Below are positions 8,240 through 17,552 of a DNA stretch of 40,231 bases, piece by piece. A program made the position numbers and the translations under genes. The stretch is taken from positions 1 to 40,231 of the forward strand of contig CALCZO010000299.1 in NCBI GenBank assembly GCA_937903315.1, given 5' to 3'. The notes under the pieces were generated by a model. It saw only the letters and a list, made by a program, of their open reading frames with translations, did no database searches and was not told where the DNA came from. The DNA comes from an uncultured Alphaproteobacteria bacterium (GTDB taxonomy: Bacteria; Pseudomonadota; Alphaproteobacteria; Rhizobiales; Beijerinckiaceae). How positions within the stretch are numbered: position 1 is the stretch's first letter; the number at the start of each line of letters is the position of its first letter.

Positions 8240-9424
8240 ATGATCGACTCGTCGCCCGCGCCGAATGTTCAGCCCTCCGTGGGTGCCGCGCGCGGTGTTG
8301 CGCCTGCGGCCGAGTGGGCCGGCAGCAGCGGTGACACAACGGTGCGGCTGTCGGGGGACTGGATTGCGCTGACGGCGGCTGCCTGCGAGGACAGGGCCGC
8401 TGCCGTTGCCGCTGCCGTGCCGGCCGGCAGCGTGGTCAGCATCGATACGGCCAGGATCGGGCGGCTCGATACGCTCGGCGCGCTGGTGCTGTCGCGATTG
8501 CAGCATGAGCTTGCCACTGCCGGCGCGCGGACGCACCTGACCGGGATGCAGGAAGCGCATCGCATCCTGTTCGAGGATATCCGCTACCACCCGGCGGAAA
8601 AGCCCGAGGCCCCGCGCCGCTTCGTGGTCATCGACATGCTGAGCGACATTGGCGAGGTGATGGTCGATGCCTTCGATGATCTGGTCAACGGCATTGCGTT
8701 TCTGGGGTCGTTCATCGTCGCCTGCCTGAATGTGCTGGCCGGCAGGAGCCGGTTCCGCCTTGCCTCGCTGGTCGCCCAGTTGGAGCGGGTCGCGCTGCGC
8801 TCTGTGCCGATCATCGTCCTGATCTCGCTGCTGGTCGGGGCGATCATCGCGCAGCAGTCGGTGTTCCAGCTCCAGACCTTCGGGACGGTGCATTTCGTGG
8901 CCGACCTGATGGGCGTTCTGGTGCTGAGAGAACTGGCGGTGCTGATCACCTCGATCATGCTGGCGGGACGGACGGGATCGAGTTTCACCGCCGAACTCGG
9001 CTCGATGAAGATGCGTGAGGAGATCGACGCGCTGCGCACGATGGGTCTCGATCCGATCGAAGTTCTGGTGGTGCCGCGGATCGTCGCGCTGATTGTCGCG
9101 ATGCCGCTGCTGACCTTCATCTCGTCGATGGCGATGCTGGTCGGCGGCGGGGTCGTCGCCTTTTTCTACGGTGGGGTCAGCCCGGATGTGTTCCTGTCGC
9201 GGCTGCAGAACGGCATCGGCCTGAACACCTTCGTCGTTGGTATGCTGAAGGCGCCGTTCATGGCGCTGGTGATCGGCATCATCGCCTGCATCGAAGGGTT
9301 CGGAGTGAAGGGATCGGCCGAGTCGCTCGGTGCGCGCACCACCGCCTCGGTGGTCAAGGCCATCTTCATGGTCATCGTCGTCGACGGGCTGTTCGCCATG
9401 TTCTTTGCCTCGATCCGCTATTGA
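8240..9424 (+). CDS. MlaE-family ABC permease with an N-terminal STAS (MlaB-like) domain
   Basis: The N-terminal ~110 aa (VRLSGDWIALTAA...IDTARIGRLDTLGALVLSRLQHEL) is STAS-like. The remainder has MlaE-type TM helices (VPIIVLISLLVGAIIAQQSVFQL...ELGSMKMREEIDALRTMG). Confidence 0.8.
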   Translation: MIDSSPAPNVQPSVGAARGVAPAAEWAGSSGDTTVRLSGDWIALTAAACEDRAAAVAAAVPAGSVVSIDTARIGRLDTLGALVLSRLQHELATAGARTHLTGMQEAHRILFEDIRYHPAEKPEAPRRFVVIDMLSDIGEVMVDAFDDLVNGIAFLGSFIVACLNVLAGRSRFRLASLVAQLERVALRSVPIIVLISLLVGAIIAQQSVFQLQTFGTVHFVADLMGVLVLRELAVLITSIMLAGRTGSSFTAELGSMKMREEIDALRTMGLDPIEVLVVPRIVALIVAMPLLTFISSMAMLVGGGVVAFFYGGVSPDVFLSRLQNGIGLNTFVVGMLKAPFMALVIGIIACIEGFGVKGSAESLGARTTASVVKAIFMVIVVDGLFAMFFASIRY

Positions 9425-9432
9425 GCCGCGCG

Positions 9433-10257
9433 ATGACCCAGGACACCGGCCCACCCCCTGCCGCCCGCACCGAACCGGTCATCTCGGTGCGCGATCTCGA
9501 AGTGCGGTTCGGCGACAAGGTGATCATGGACGGGCTCGATCTCGACGTCATGCGCGGCGAGATTCTCGGCTTTGTCGGCGCATCGGGAACCGGAAAATCG
9601 GTCCTGATGCGGACGATTCTGGGTCTGATTCGCCAGACGCGCGGCGATATTGTGGTGTTCGGCTCAAACCTTGCCACGCTCGGTGCCGACGAGCGCGAGG
9701 CGATCGAGAAGCGCTGGGGGGTCCTGTTCCAGCACGGGGCGCTGTTTTCCTCGCTCACCGTGCGCCAGAACATCCAGATGCCGATGCGCGAGCACCTGAA
9801 AATGTCCGAGCGGCTGATGGACGAGATGGCGGCGCTCAAGATCGAACTTGTCGGTCTCAAGCCGGATGCGGCGGACAAGTACCCGTCCGAACTCTCGGGC
9901 GGCATGATCAAGCGGGCCGCACTCGCCCGGGCGCTGGCGCTCGATCCGGAAATCCTGTTTCTCGACGAGCCGACCTCCGGGCTCGATCCGATCGGGGCGC
10001 AGGATTTCGACGACCTGATCGCCACATTGCAGCGCACTTTGGGGCTTACGGTTTTCATGGTAACGCATGATCTCGACAGTCTGGCCGGGGTATGCGACCG
10101 GGTTGCCGCGCTTGCCGGCGGCAAGGTGATTGCCGCGGGTCCGCTGGAGGATTTGCTCAAGGCGGATCATCCCTGGCTGAGAGCGTATTTCCACGGTGCC
10201 CGCGCCTCGCGTGGCAGCCTCACGGGCGGCGCGGTTCGTCCCGGTTATCGCGGGTAG
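9433..10257 (+). CDS. ABC transporter ATP-binding protein (MlaF-like)
   Basis: Walker A GASGTGKS, signature LSGGMIKR and Walker B ILFLDEPTSGLD are all present. The ATG at 9433 is preferred; a TTG at 9421 is also possible. Confidence 0.88.
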   Translation: MTQDTGPPPAARTEPVISVRDLEVRFGDKVIMDGLDLDVMRGEILGFVGASGTGKSVLMRTILGLIRQTRGDIVVFGSNLATLGADEREAIEKRWGVLFQHGALFSSLTVRQNIQMPMREHLKMSERLMDEMAALKIELVGLKPDAADKYPSELSGGMIKRAALARALALDPEILFLDEPTSGLDPIGAQDFDDLIATLQRTLGLTVFMVTHDLDSLAGVCDRVAALAGGKVIAAGPLEDLLKADHPWLRAYFHGARASRGSLTGGAVRPGYRG

Positions 10258-10263
10258 GAGAGC

Positions 10264-11577
10264 ATGGAAACGCGCGCCAATTATGCCCTTGTCGGCCTGT
10301 TCACCCTGGCGGTGATCGCGGCGGCATTCGGTTTTGTCTACTGGTTCCGCGCCGCCAGCCACGGCGGCGACCGGGACATCTACCGCATCGTGTTTACCGG
10401 GTCGGTGTCGGGCCTGTCGAAGGGCTCGGCCGTGCGCTTCAACGGCATCCGCGTCGGCGAGGTGATGAGCGTCGATCTGGTGCCCGATGATGCGAGCCGC
10501 GTCGCGGCCGTCATCGCGGTCGATCCGACGACGCCGGTCAAGACCGACACGCGCGCCCGGCTGGAGTATCAGGGACTGACCGGCGTCGCCTCGGTGCATC
10601 TGTCGGGCAGCCAGAGCAGCGCGCTGGCGCTGAAGAACCCGGACGGGAAGGGCGAACCGACGATCTTTGCCGACCGGTCCGACTTTCAGGACCTGTTCGA
10701 GACGGCCCAGCGGCTCGCCGCCCGCATCGACGGGGTGATCGGCAAGGTCGATGCCATCCTCACGGACGGGCAGCAGCCGCTCGGCAATGCCCTGCGCAAC
10801 ATCGAGGGTTTCAGCCGGGCGCTGAACGACAATTCGCCGGGAATGTCGACGTTCATCACCCAGATGACCGCCACGGCGCAACGCTTCTCGGCCCTGTCCG
10901 ATCGCGTGGACCGCTTGGCTGAAGGGGCCGACGACCTTCTGCGCGGGGTCAGCCGCGACAGTCTCAACCGCTCGCTGGCCAATGTCGAGACGTTCACCAG
11001 GAGCCTGGCCGACAACAAGCCGTCAATCGATGCACTGATCGCCGATGCGGCAGGGCTGACGAAGACCCTGAAGGAGACGGCACCGAAACTCGATTCGGCC
11101 CTGTCCGATGTCTCGGCCTTCGTCCGTGCCATCGATACCGCGCGGCTCAACCGCACGCTGGAGGGCGCGGAGAAGTTCGCCAGCGCGCTGGGCAACCGCT
11201 CGGACGACATCGACCGCGCGCTGAAAGATGCGGCCGAAATCACGCGCAAGGTCAGCCAGTCGGCCGATCGGCTTGATTCCGTGCTGAAAGGGGCCGAAGC
11301 CTTCCTCAGCGACGGGCAGGGCAACAGCGTGATGGCGGAAATCGGCGAGACAGCAAAGGCGATCCGCACGCTCGCCAACAACCTCGACAAGCGGACGGCG
11401 GAGATCACCGCCGGCATTTCACGCTTTGCCGGGCCGGGCCTGCGCGATCTTGAAGCGCTGACCGGCGAGGCGCGCAAGGCCGTCAACGACGTCGGGCGGG
11501 CGGTGCGCAGCTTCGAACGCAATCCCTCGCAGTTGATTACCGGCGGACGCTCGACTATTCCCGACTACAGGCGATGA
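10264..11577 (+). CDS. MlaD/MCE-domain protein with a long C-terminal helical extension
   Basis: It has an N-terminal TM anchor (ALVGLFTLAVIAAAFGFVYWF) and an MCE core (GLSKGSAVRFNGIRVGEVMSVDL). These are followed by ~270 aa of repetitive helical sequence. Confidence 0.82.
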   Translation: METRANYALVGLFTLAVIAAAFGFVYWFRAASHGGDRDIYRIVFTGSVSGLSKGSAVRFNGIRVGEVMSVDLVPDDASRVAAVIAVDPTTPVKTDTRARLEYQGLTGVASVHLSGSQSSALALKNPDGKGEPTIFADRSDFQDLFETAQRLAARIDGVIGKVDAILTDGQQPLGNALRNIEGFSRALNDNSPGMSTFITQMTATAQRFSALSDRVDRLAEGADDLLRGVSRDSLNRSLANVETFTRSLADNKPSIDALIADAAGLTKTLKETAPKLDSALSDVSAFVRAIDTARLNRTLEGAEKFASALGNRSDDIDRALKDAAEITRKVSQSADRLDSVLKGAEAFLSDGQGNSVMAEIGETAKAIRTLANNLDKRTAEITAGISRFAGPGLRDLEALTGEARKAVNDVGRAVRSFERNPSQLITGGRSTIPDYRR

Positions 11578-11599
11578 GGGGTCCGAGAGTCGTGAGTGT

Positions 11600-12193
11600 T
11601 TGGTCGTGAGCGTGATCGGTTGGGGGCAGGGGCGTCGGCTTGCGGCATGGGTGTGCCTTGCGAGCCTCGCCGCCTGTTCGACGCCGCCGCCCGCGACCTA
11701 TGATCTTGGCGCGGCCAGCGATCTGAAGGCTGCCGCCGGGCGCGGCACGCTGGTGGTGGCCGAGCCGGTCGCCGTCTCGTTTGTCGATTCCGAGCGCATC
11801 CCGATCCGCACCGGCGACAACGGCGTTGCCTATCTCCCCGGCGTGCAATGGCCTGACCGGCTGCCGAAGCTGTTTCAGGCCCGGTTGATCCAGAGTTTCG
11901 AGAATGCCCGGCGGGCGGGCAGCGTCGGCCGGCCGGGAGACCGGCTGATGGCGGCCAACCAGCTCAACACCGACATCCGCACCTTCGAGATCCGCGAGGC
12001 CAGCGGCGAGGCGGTGGTCGAAGTGACGGTGCGCATCGTCAACGACCGTTCGGGGCGTATCGTGGCGGCGCGCACGTTCGGCGCGCGGGCGCCGGCTGGC
12101 GGGTTCGGCGGGCCGGACGCGGCGCGCGCGCTGGATCAGGCATCCCGGCGGGTGCTGGCCGATATTGTTCAGTGGACCTCGGGACGGGCGTGA
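11600..12193 (+). CDS. ABC-type transport auxiliary lipoprotein (PqiC/YmbA-like)
   Basis: It has a lipobox (LASLAAC|S) and the size and position typical of the auxiliary lipoprotein found after MCE genes. The start is uncertain: TTG 11600, GTG 11606 or GTG 11612. Confidence 0.65.
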   Translation: MVVSVIGWGQGRRLAAWVCLASLAACSTPPPATYDLGAASDLKAAAGRGTLVVAEPVAVSFVDSERIPIRTGDNGVAYLPGVQWPDRLPKLFQARLIQSFENARRAGSVGRPGDRLMAANQLNTDIRTFEIREASGEAVVEVTVRIVNDRSGRIVAARTFGARAPAGGFGGPDAARALDQASRRVLADIVQWTSGRA

Positions 12194-12399
12194 TGGTTGA
12201 GAACAACGATCTTGGCGGATGTCGCCATTGCGGGCACAGCCCGGTGCATGTGTCGGCCCGCTGGTGCCCGTCCTGCGGCGGCATCGCCCCCTACACGCGC
12301 ACACCGGCGCCGCGCAGCAAGAACGCGATGGTGGCGATCGTCTCGCTCGTCGTCATCCTGATCGTGGCGATGGCGCTGCTGTATCTGGCCGGGCGCTGA
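12193..12399 (+). CDS. Small zinc-ribbon membrane protein (68 aa)
   Basis: The peptide is MVENNDLGGCRHCGHSPVHVSARWCPSCGG (CxxC-N13-CxxC) followed by a C-terminal TM helix (MVAIVSLVVILIVAMALLYLA). Its ATG overlaps the lipoprotein stop (TGATG). Confidence 0.55.
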   Translation: MVENNDLGGCRHCGHSPVHVSARWCPSCGGIAPYTRTPAPRSKNAMVAIVSLVVILIVAMALLYLAGR

Positions 12400-12427
12400 G
12401 GCGCCGTCCCTCCCGCCGCACATGGCA

Positions 12428-12462
12428 AACGACAACGGCCGGGACATCCCGGCCGTTTCGTT
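12428..12462. terminator. Candidate bidirectional hairpin terminator between convergent genes
   Basis: AACGA-c-AACGGCCGGG acat CCCGGCCGTT-TCGTT has a perfect 10-bp GC-rich stem plus a 5-bp extension. The U-tracts are weak on both strands. Confidence 0.45.
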
Positions 12463-12488
12463 ATGCGGACTGGCGAAACTGGGTTTGG

Positions 12489-15400
12489 TTATTCGAACCG
12501 CCCCGCCGCATGGGCCAGCATGGTGTAGACCTTGCCGCTGTCCGATGACAGGTACGCCCGGGCGGCCTTGCCCGACCGGTTGGCACCGCCCGCCTCGTCG
12601 AGCAGGCGCTCGAACTCGGTGATGTAGCGGTCAACGGTATCGTGGAACTCCTGGTCGCGGCGGTATTTGCGACCGATATCATCGAAGGTCTGCTGACCCT
12701 GGACCGTATAGAGCCGGCGCGTGAACGCGTTGCGTTCGCCGCGGGCGAAGCGATCCCATGCATCCTCGAGAACTTCGGCATCGACCATGCGGGCGATATC
12801 GAGGGTCAGCGGATCAGCCGTCTCGGGGGCGGGGGCAGCAACCTCGACCTCCGAAGCGCGATGCAGCAGGTCGGACAGCCAGCCCTTCTGACCCGCGCGC
12901 GCAGCCGGCGAGGGCTTGGCGGCGGGAGCCGGCGTTTCGCCCAGTGTGGGGCGCAGATCGAGATCGGGCAGCGGCATGGCTGCGGCCCTGCTGACCGGAG
13001 CAGGCGCCACCGGCGGCTGCGGCGCGGCAACGGTACGCGGAGGCGCAACGTCACGACCGCCGCCGGTCTGGCCGACGATGCTGCTGAGCGATTCGAGCAT
13101 TTTCACCTGATCGGCGACCGCGCGACGGACCGAACTGGTTGCTTCGAGCGTCTGGCGCGGCATGTCGGCGGTCGTGCGCCTGAGTTCCGACCGGGTCGAT
13201 TCCAGTTCGCGCAGCACATCGCCGGCGGTGGTCCGCAGTTGCTCGGCGGTCTGGCTGAAGCCGGAGGTGACGCGGCCGAACAGGGTCTCGATCTCGCTCA
13301 GCGTCTGGCCATAGGCCGCGTTGAGGTCCTCGCTGGCGCGCTTGCGCTCCTCGCCGGTCTGGGCGCGCAGGGTGGTGAACTGCTCCTCGGCCTGCGAGAG
13401 GATGGCGCGGACATTCTCGGCCAGCGCCATGGCGACCTGCCGCGAGCGGGCTTCTGCCCCCTTGAGGTTGTCGTCGAGCGCGCCGGCAAAGGCCCGCATG
13501 CCGTGTTCGAGCAATTCGGTCCGCTCGGCAAGCAGGCCGGCAACGCGGTCGACTTCCTGCTGGCGGGTGGTGATCGCCTGCTCGGCCTGATCGGAGACAA
13601 CGGCGAGGGTGCGGGTCGCTTCCATCAGGGCGCGGGTGCGCTCCGACAGATCGCCTGCCACGCTGCTCGACCGGTCGAGGATGGCCTCGGACGTGTCGCG
13701 CATCGAGGCGAGCTGGCTGGTCAGCTGGCGGGCCCCGGTGTCGGTCGCCGTGACGATCGAGCCAAGTGTCGTCTCAACCTGTTCGGCGAGCTGGCGGGTG
13801 CCATCGCTGGAGGCCGAGATGATCGCGTTCAGGGTCGATTCGAGCTTGGCAACGCGGCTGGTCAGCCCGGTCTCGACATTGGCGAGGCCCTTGGTCGCGC
13901 TGTCCAGAATCTGGGTCAGCACGTTGTTGGCGTCTGTCAGACGGCCGAGCATCATGCCGATCTCGCCGCGCAGGCGCTGCTGCACCTCGGTCAGGTTGGC
14001 AATCGCCGCCTCGGTCCCCTTGGTCAGGGTGCTGTCGACCTCGTTCAGCGAGGTGTTGATCTGCTGGGCGGCCATGTTGCCGGTCCGCGCGATGGTGGCG
14101 GCGGCATCCGCGCCGCGCTGTTCCAGCACCTCGGCGAACTTGCCGCTGTGGCTTTCCAGCCGCGCCGCGATCTCGCCCGAGGCGGTGACAAAGGCCTGGC
14201 CCCGCGTGACAAGGCGATCAACCATTTCGGAGGTGCGGGCCGACAGGCCGGAGGCGCTGTCGTCGAACAGCCTGCGGATCTCTTCGGACTGGGCACCCAG
14301 CCGGGCGCTGACCTCTTCGGCCCCGCCGACAAGGCGATCAACCATTTCGGAGGTGCGGGCCGACAGGCCGGAGGCGCTGTCGTCGAACAGCCTGCGGATC
14401 TCTTCGGACTGGGCACCCAGCCGGGCGCTGACCTCTTCGGCCCCGCCGACAAGGCGCTTGCCGACGGTCTGGGACACGCCATCGAGCAGGCGCTCCATTT
14501 CCGAAACGCGGACATAGAGCGCCTGATCGGCCTTTTCTGCGGCCGCAACAATGGTGCTGGCAATGGTCTCGCTGCGGCTGGCGAGCGAGCCGGAGATCGT
14601 TTCCAGCGGGCCGACGACGCGGGTCTGGAACGCTTCGGTATGGCCGGCCAGCGTTTCGGCGAGCGCGCCGGTGCGGCTGCCAAGGGTCTGGGAAATCCGG
14701 TCGGCCTCGGACGACAGGGCGCTGGTCACCGTGCCGACATGGCTTTCGATGCGCTCGGCCAGCTTGGCGGTTTCGGCCTCGACCGCACGGCTGACATGCT
14801 CGACCTTGCCGTCGATGCTCGACTGGATGGTCTGGCTGCCGTCGGCCATGGCGCGGGCAAATTCCAGCGTCCGTTCGGCCAGCATGTCGCTGAGCAGGCG
14901 GGCGCGCTGGTCGAGCCCGGTATCGGCGCGTGCGATCAGCCCTTCGAGCTTTTCGGAAATCGCTGCCGTCTTGTCAGTGGCGCGGGTCTCGAAGGCCGAA
15001 AGATGGGTTTCAAGCTGCTCGTTGAGCGTTGCGCCATGGACCAGCACAAGCTGCTCCAGATTGACAGCGCGCTCGACGAACGCCTTTTCGAAGGCGCCGA
15101 AGCGGTCGGACAGACCGGCGGTGCGGCTCTCGACCTCGTCGGCGAGCCGGCGGGCGGTCTCCGACAGGGCGTCGGTGACCTGGCTGCCCTGCTGCTCCAG
15201 CGCAAAGGCAATGTCCTTGGCAACGGACGAGAAATGCACGGTGGTGTCGTGCGTCTTCTTCTCGAATTCGCCATGGATGTCCGTGGCGTGGGTGGCAAAG
15301 TCCTCGCGGGCCTTTTCAGCATGCAGGCCGATCATGCCCGACAGCGCCTCGCCCGAGACGGTGAAGGCCTCGTTGATCTGCTGCAACCGGTCGCCCAGAA

Positions 15401-17474
15401 TGGTGGCGAAGCGGTCGGTCGTCGTCTCGAGCTGCTCTTCGAGCCTGCTGGCGTCGGTGCCGATCGACTGCTCGATCCGGTTCGCAGCCACGGTCAGCCG
15501 CTCGGCGAGGGCCTCGCCCTTGACCGAGACGACATCCTGCATCCGGCCATGCGCCTGTTCGAGCGCGCGGGTGACGATCTCGCCCTGTCCGGCCATCAGT
15601 TCGGCCACGGCAGCGCCGGCGGCCTCGATCCCCTCGGCCATATCGGTGCCGCGGGCGACGATCGTTTCGGCGGCACGGGTCGCCGCCTCGTTGATGCCGG
15701 TCTCGACCGATTCACCGCGCACCGAGAGGTCGACAATGATCGCATTGCCGCTGTCCTTGATGCGGGACAGGATCGTGTCGCTCTGGCTGGCGATGCCGGT
15801 GGTGATCGTGTCGCCGGTTTCGACCAGACGCGAGAGCACCGCTTCGCTCTGGGTGGCCAGCGTGCCGGTCAGGCTTTCGCCCGCGCTCTGGAAGGCGGAG
15901 GCGATGTCTTCGGAATGACCGATGATCCGGGTCGCGATCTCGTCGGTCTGGCTTGCCAGACGGGCCGACAGGCTGTCGTTGGTCTCCAGCAGGCGGGCGA
16001 GAACCTGGGCCCCCTGATTGGCGATGGAGCTTGAGAGCGCCTCGCCGGTTGCCTGGAGCGCGGTGTTGAGCTCCCCGCTGCGTTCGGCCAGTTGCTGGGT
16101 GATCTCGTTGCCGGTGGTGCGCATCGAGGTATTGACCTCGTCGACGCGGGCGCCGAGGGCGGCCAGCATCGTCTGGCTGCCGGCATTGAACGATTCGGTC
16201 ACGATCTGGGCCGATTCGGCAAACGCCGTCTGGATCGACTGGCCGGTGCTGCTGAGCGTGGCGGCGACGGCGTGGCCGCGCTCGGAAATCTCGCCAGTCA
16301 GCGTGCTGCCGGTCTCGGTCAGCAGGCGGGCGATATCCGATCCGGTGCCGGACAGCCGCGCGTTGACATCGTCGCCGGCGGCGGCGAGGCGCTGGATCAT
16401 GTCGGTCGAATGGTCGCCGAGACGGGTGACGATCTCGTCGGAGGCGCTGGAGAGGGTGCGGGTCACCTCGTCGCGTTTTTCATCGAGCTGCTGGGACACG
16501 CGCTGGGCAATGTCGCCGACGGAGGTCGCCAGCGCGCCCGACATGGTGGTGAGCTGGTGGGTCAGGCCTTCCTGCGCGGCCAGCATGGCGTTGCGGACGC
16601 GCTCGGCATTGGCGTTGAGCGCATCGCGCTGCATCGCCAGTTCGCCAAGCAGCGAACGCATCTTGGTCTCGTTTTCGCCGTAGGACCGCTCCAGCGCCGC
16701 CACCTCGGTATGGACCAGCGATTCCAGCTCGCCGGCCCGCGCGATGGCGCGCTCGATGCCGTCGCCCATCGAGAACACCTCGCGGCGCACGGCCTGTCCG
16801 AGCGTGGCGATGGAATCGGTGGCAATCGACTCCGGTTCGGCCAGACGGGCGGCAATCGCGCCCATCGCATAGGCCGCCATGCGCATTTCCTGCGCGCGGC
16901 GCTGCACGCCGGCAAGCATGAAAAACAGGATCATCGGCACCAGCACGGCGGTCGCGGCCGACAGCGCCGGGACCAACGGCAACGCCGCGATATCGACGCC
17001 CGAGAGCAAGCCGCCCTCTCGCGTCAGATAGACATAGGCCCCGCCGAGCCAGATGGCGGAGGCGAGAAACGCCCAGAACAGCGGCATGCGCGAGGCGCGC
17101 GCCTCGAGACCGGACAGCAGCGACTGGACCGGAATGCGGTCGTCATTGGCGGCATCGCGCGCAGTCGGCGGCGGTGAGGCGGTCTCGCTGTCGATCCGGT
17201 TGGCCGGCGCGGGAAGGGGCAGGTCGGTTTTGACGGCGAGCGCGGAATCGTCCAGCGGTTCGGCGCGGCGCGCAACGGTCGCCCGCGCGGCCTCGGCGAT
17301 CTCGGCCGCGAACACATCGTCGGCATCCACCTTGGGCATCCGGGGCGGTGTACTGCCCGCTGCGGCATCGGCGGCGGGCGCTACCGCCTCCCGAGACAGA
17401 TCGTTGGTCAGTGCCTCCTCGATCGCAGACAGTGCCGCTTCTGTCGGGTCGGAGACTTTCTTCTTGGTCGCCAT
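12489..17474 (-). CDS. Giant membrane-anchored helical-repeat protein, probably a GPR/RgsE (growth pole ring)-like protein
   Basis: About 1660 aa. It has an N-terminal acidic/Pro region and two TM helices (PLFWAFLASAIWLGGAYVYL, LVPALSAATAVLVPMILFFMLAGV). About 1200 aa of apolipoprotein-like degenerate repeats follow (..LSSTGQSIQTAF.. ..LASQTDEIATRI..). It ends in a Pro-rich linker and a conserved-looking C-terminal domain (AWDRFARGERNAFTRRLYTVQGQQTFDDIGRKYRRDQEFHDTVDRYITEFERLL). The ATG at 17474 (MATKKKVSDPTEAAL) is preferred over 17549. Confidence 0.6.
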   Translation of the reverse strand: MATKKKVSDPTEAALSAIEEALTNDLSREAVAPAADAAAGSTPPRMPKVDADDVFAAEIAEAARATVARRAEPLDDSALAVKTDLPLPAPANRIDSETASPPPTARDAANDDRIPVQSLLSGLEARASRMPLFWAFLASAIWLGGAYVYLTREGGLLSGVDIAALPLVPALSAATAVLVPMILFFMLAGVQRRAQEMRMAAYAMGAIAARLAEPESIATDSIATLGQAVRREVFSMGDGIERAIARAGELESLVHTEVAALERSYGENETKMRSLLGELAMQRDALNANAERVRNAMLAAQEGLTHQLTTMSGALATSVGDIAQRVSQQLDEKRDEVTRTLSSASDEIVTRLGDHSTDMIQRLAAAGDDVNARLSGTGSDIARLLTETGSTLTGEISERGHAVAATLSSTGQSIQTAFAESAQIVTESFNAGSQTMLAALGARVDEVNTSMRTTGNEITQQLAERSGELNTALQATGEALSSSIANQGAQVLARLLETNDSLSARLASQTDEIATRIIGHSEDIASAFQSAGESLTGTLATQSEAVLSRLVETGDTITTGIASQSDTILSRIKDSGNAIIVDLSVRGESVETGINEAATRAAETIVARGTDMAEGIEAAGAAVAELMAGQGEIVTRALEQAHGRMQDVVSVKGEALAERLTVAANRIEQSIGTDASRLEEQLETTTDRFATILGDRLQQINEAFTVSGEALSGMIGLHAEKAREDFATHATDIHGEFEKKTHDTTVHFSSVAKDIAFALEQQGSQVTDALSETARRLADEVESRTAGLSDRFGAFEKAFVERAVNLEQLVLVHGATLNEQLETHLSAFETRATDKTAAISEKLEGLIARADTGLDQRARLLSDMLAERTLEFARAMADGSQTIQSSIDGKVEHVSRAVEAETAKLAERIESHVGTVTSALSSEADRISQTLGSRTGALAETLAGHTEAFQTRVVGPLETISGSLASRSETIASTIVAAAEKADQALYVRVSEMERLLDGVSQTVGKRLVGGAEEVSARLGAQSEEIRRLFDDSASGLSARTSEMVDRLVGGAEEVSARLGAQSEEIRRLFDDSASGLSARTSEMVDRLVTRGQAFVTASGEIAARLESHSGKFAEVLEQRGADAAATIARTGNMAAQQINTSLNEVDSTLTKGTEAAIANLTEVQQRLRGEIGMMLGRLTDANNVLTQILDSATKGLANVETGLTSRVAKLESTLNAIISASSDGTRQLAEQVETTLGSIVTATDTGARQLTSQLASMRDTSEAILDRSSSVAGDLSERTRALMEATRTLAVVSDQAEQAITTRQQEVDRVAGLLAERTELLEHGMRAFAGALDDNLKGAEARSRQVAMALAENVRAILSQAEEQFTTLRAQTGEERKRASEDLNAAYGQTLSEIETLFGRVTSGFSQTAEQLRTTAGDVLRELESTRSELRRTTADMPRQTLEATSSVRRAVADQVKMLESLSSIVGQTGGGRDVAPPRTVAAPQPPVAPAPVSRAAAMPLPDLDLRPTLGETPAPAAKPSPAARAGQKGWLSDLLHRASEVEVAAPAPETADPLTLDIARMVDAEVLEDAWDRFARGERNAFTRRLYTVQGQQTFDDIGRKYRRDQEFHDTVDRYITEFERLLDEAGGANRSGKAARAYLSSDSGKVYTMLAHAAGRFE
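14208..14456. repeat. Perfect 120-bp direct tandem duplication (2 copies plus a 9-bp third start) inside the giant ORF
   Basis: Positions 14208-14327 are identical to 14328-14447, and the identity continues to 14456. The repeat is in frame and gives two identical 40-aa units (GGAEEVSARLGAQSEEIRRLFDDSASGLSARTSEMVDRLV). Confidence 0.95.
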
Positions 17475-17552
17475 CGCTGCCTCGTTACGCTTGTACGCCG
17501 GGTCGAGCCGTTCCAACGAGATGGCGCGCATGGGCCTCGCACGCGCCAAGTG

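Noticed and set aside
8111-9454. The N-terminal 448 codons of the 553-aa minus-strand ORF 7793..9454
   Set aside because: This part is antisense to the well-supported MlaE-like permease, and its Arg/Asp/His/Gln-rich composition has no protein-like pattern. Only the 3' 105 codons were kept.
12642-16034. A 1130-aa plus-strand ORF, together with several other 100-450-aa ORFs on both strands across 12.6-17.5 kb
   Set aside because: It is antisense or out of frame relative to the giant repeat gene. The translations are Gly/Arg/Ala-rich low-complexity strings typical of non-coding frames in high-GC DNA. The minus-strand 1686-aa frame has TM helices, structured repeats and a conserved-looking C-terminal domain.
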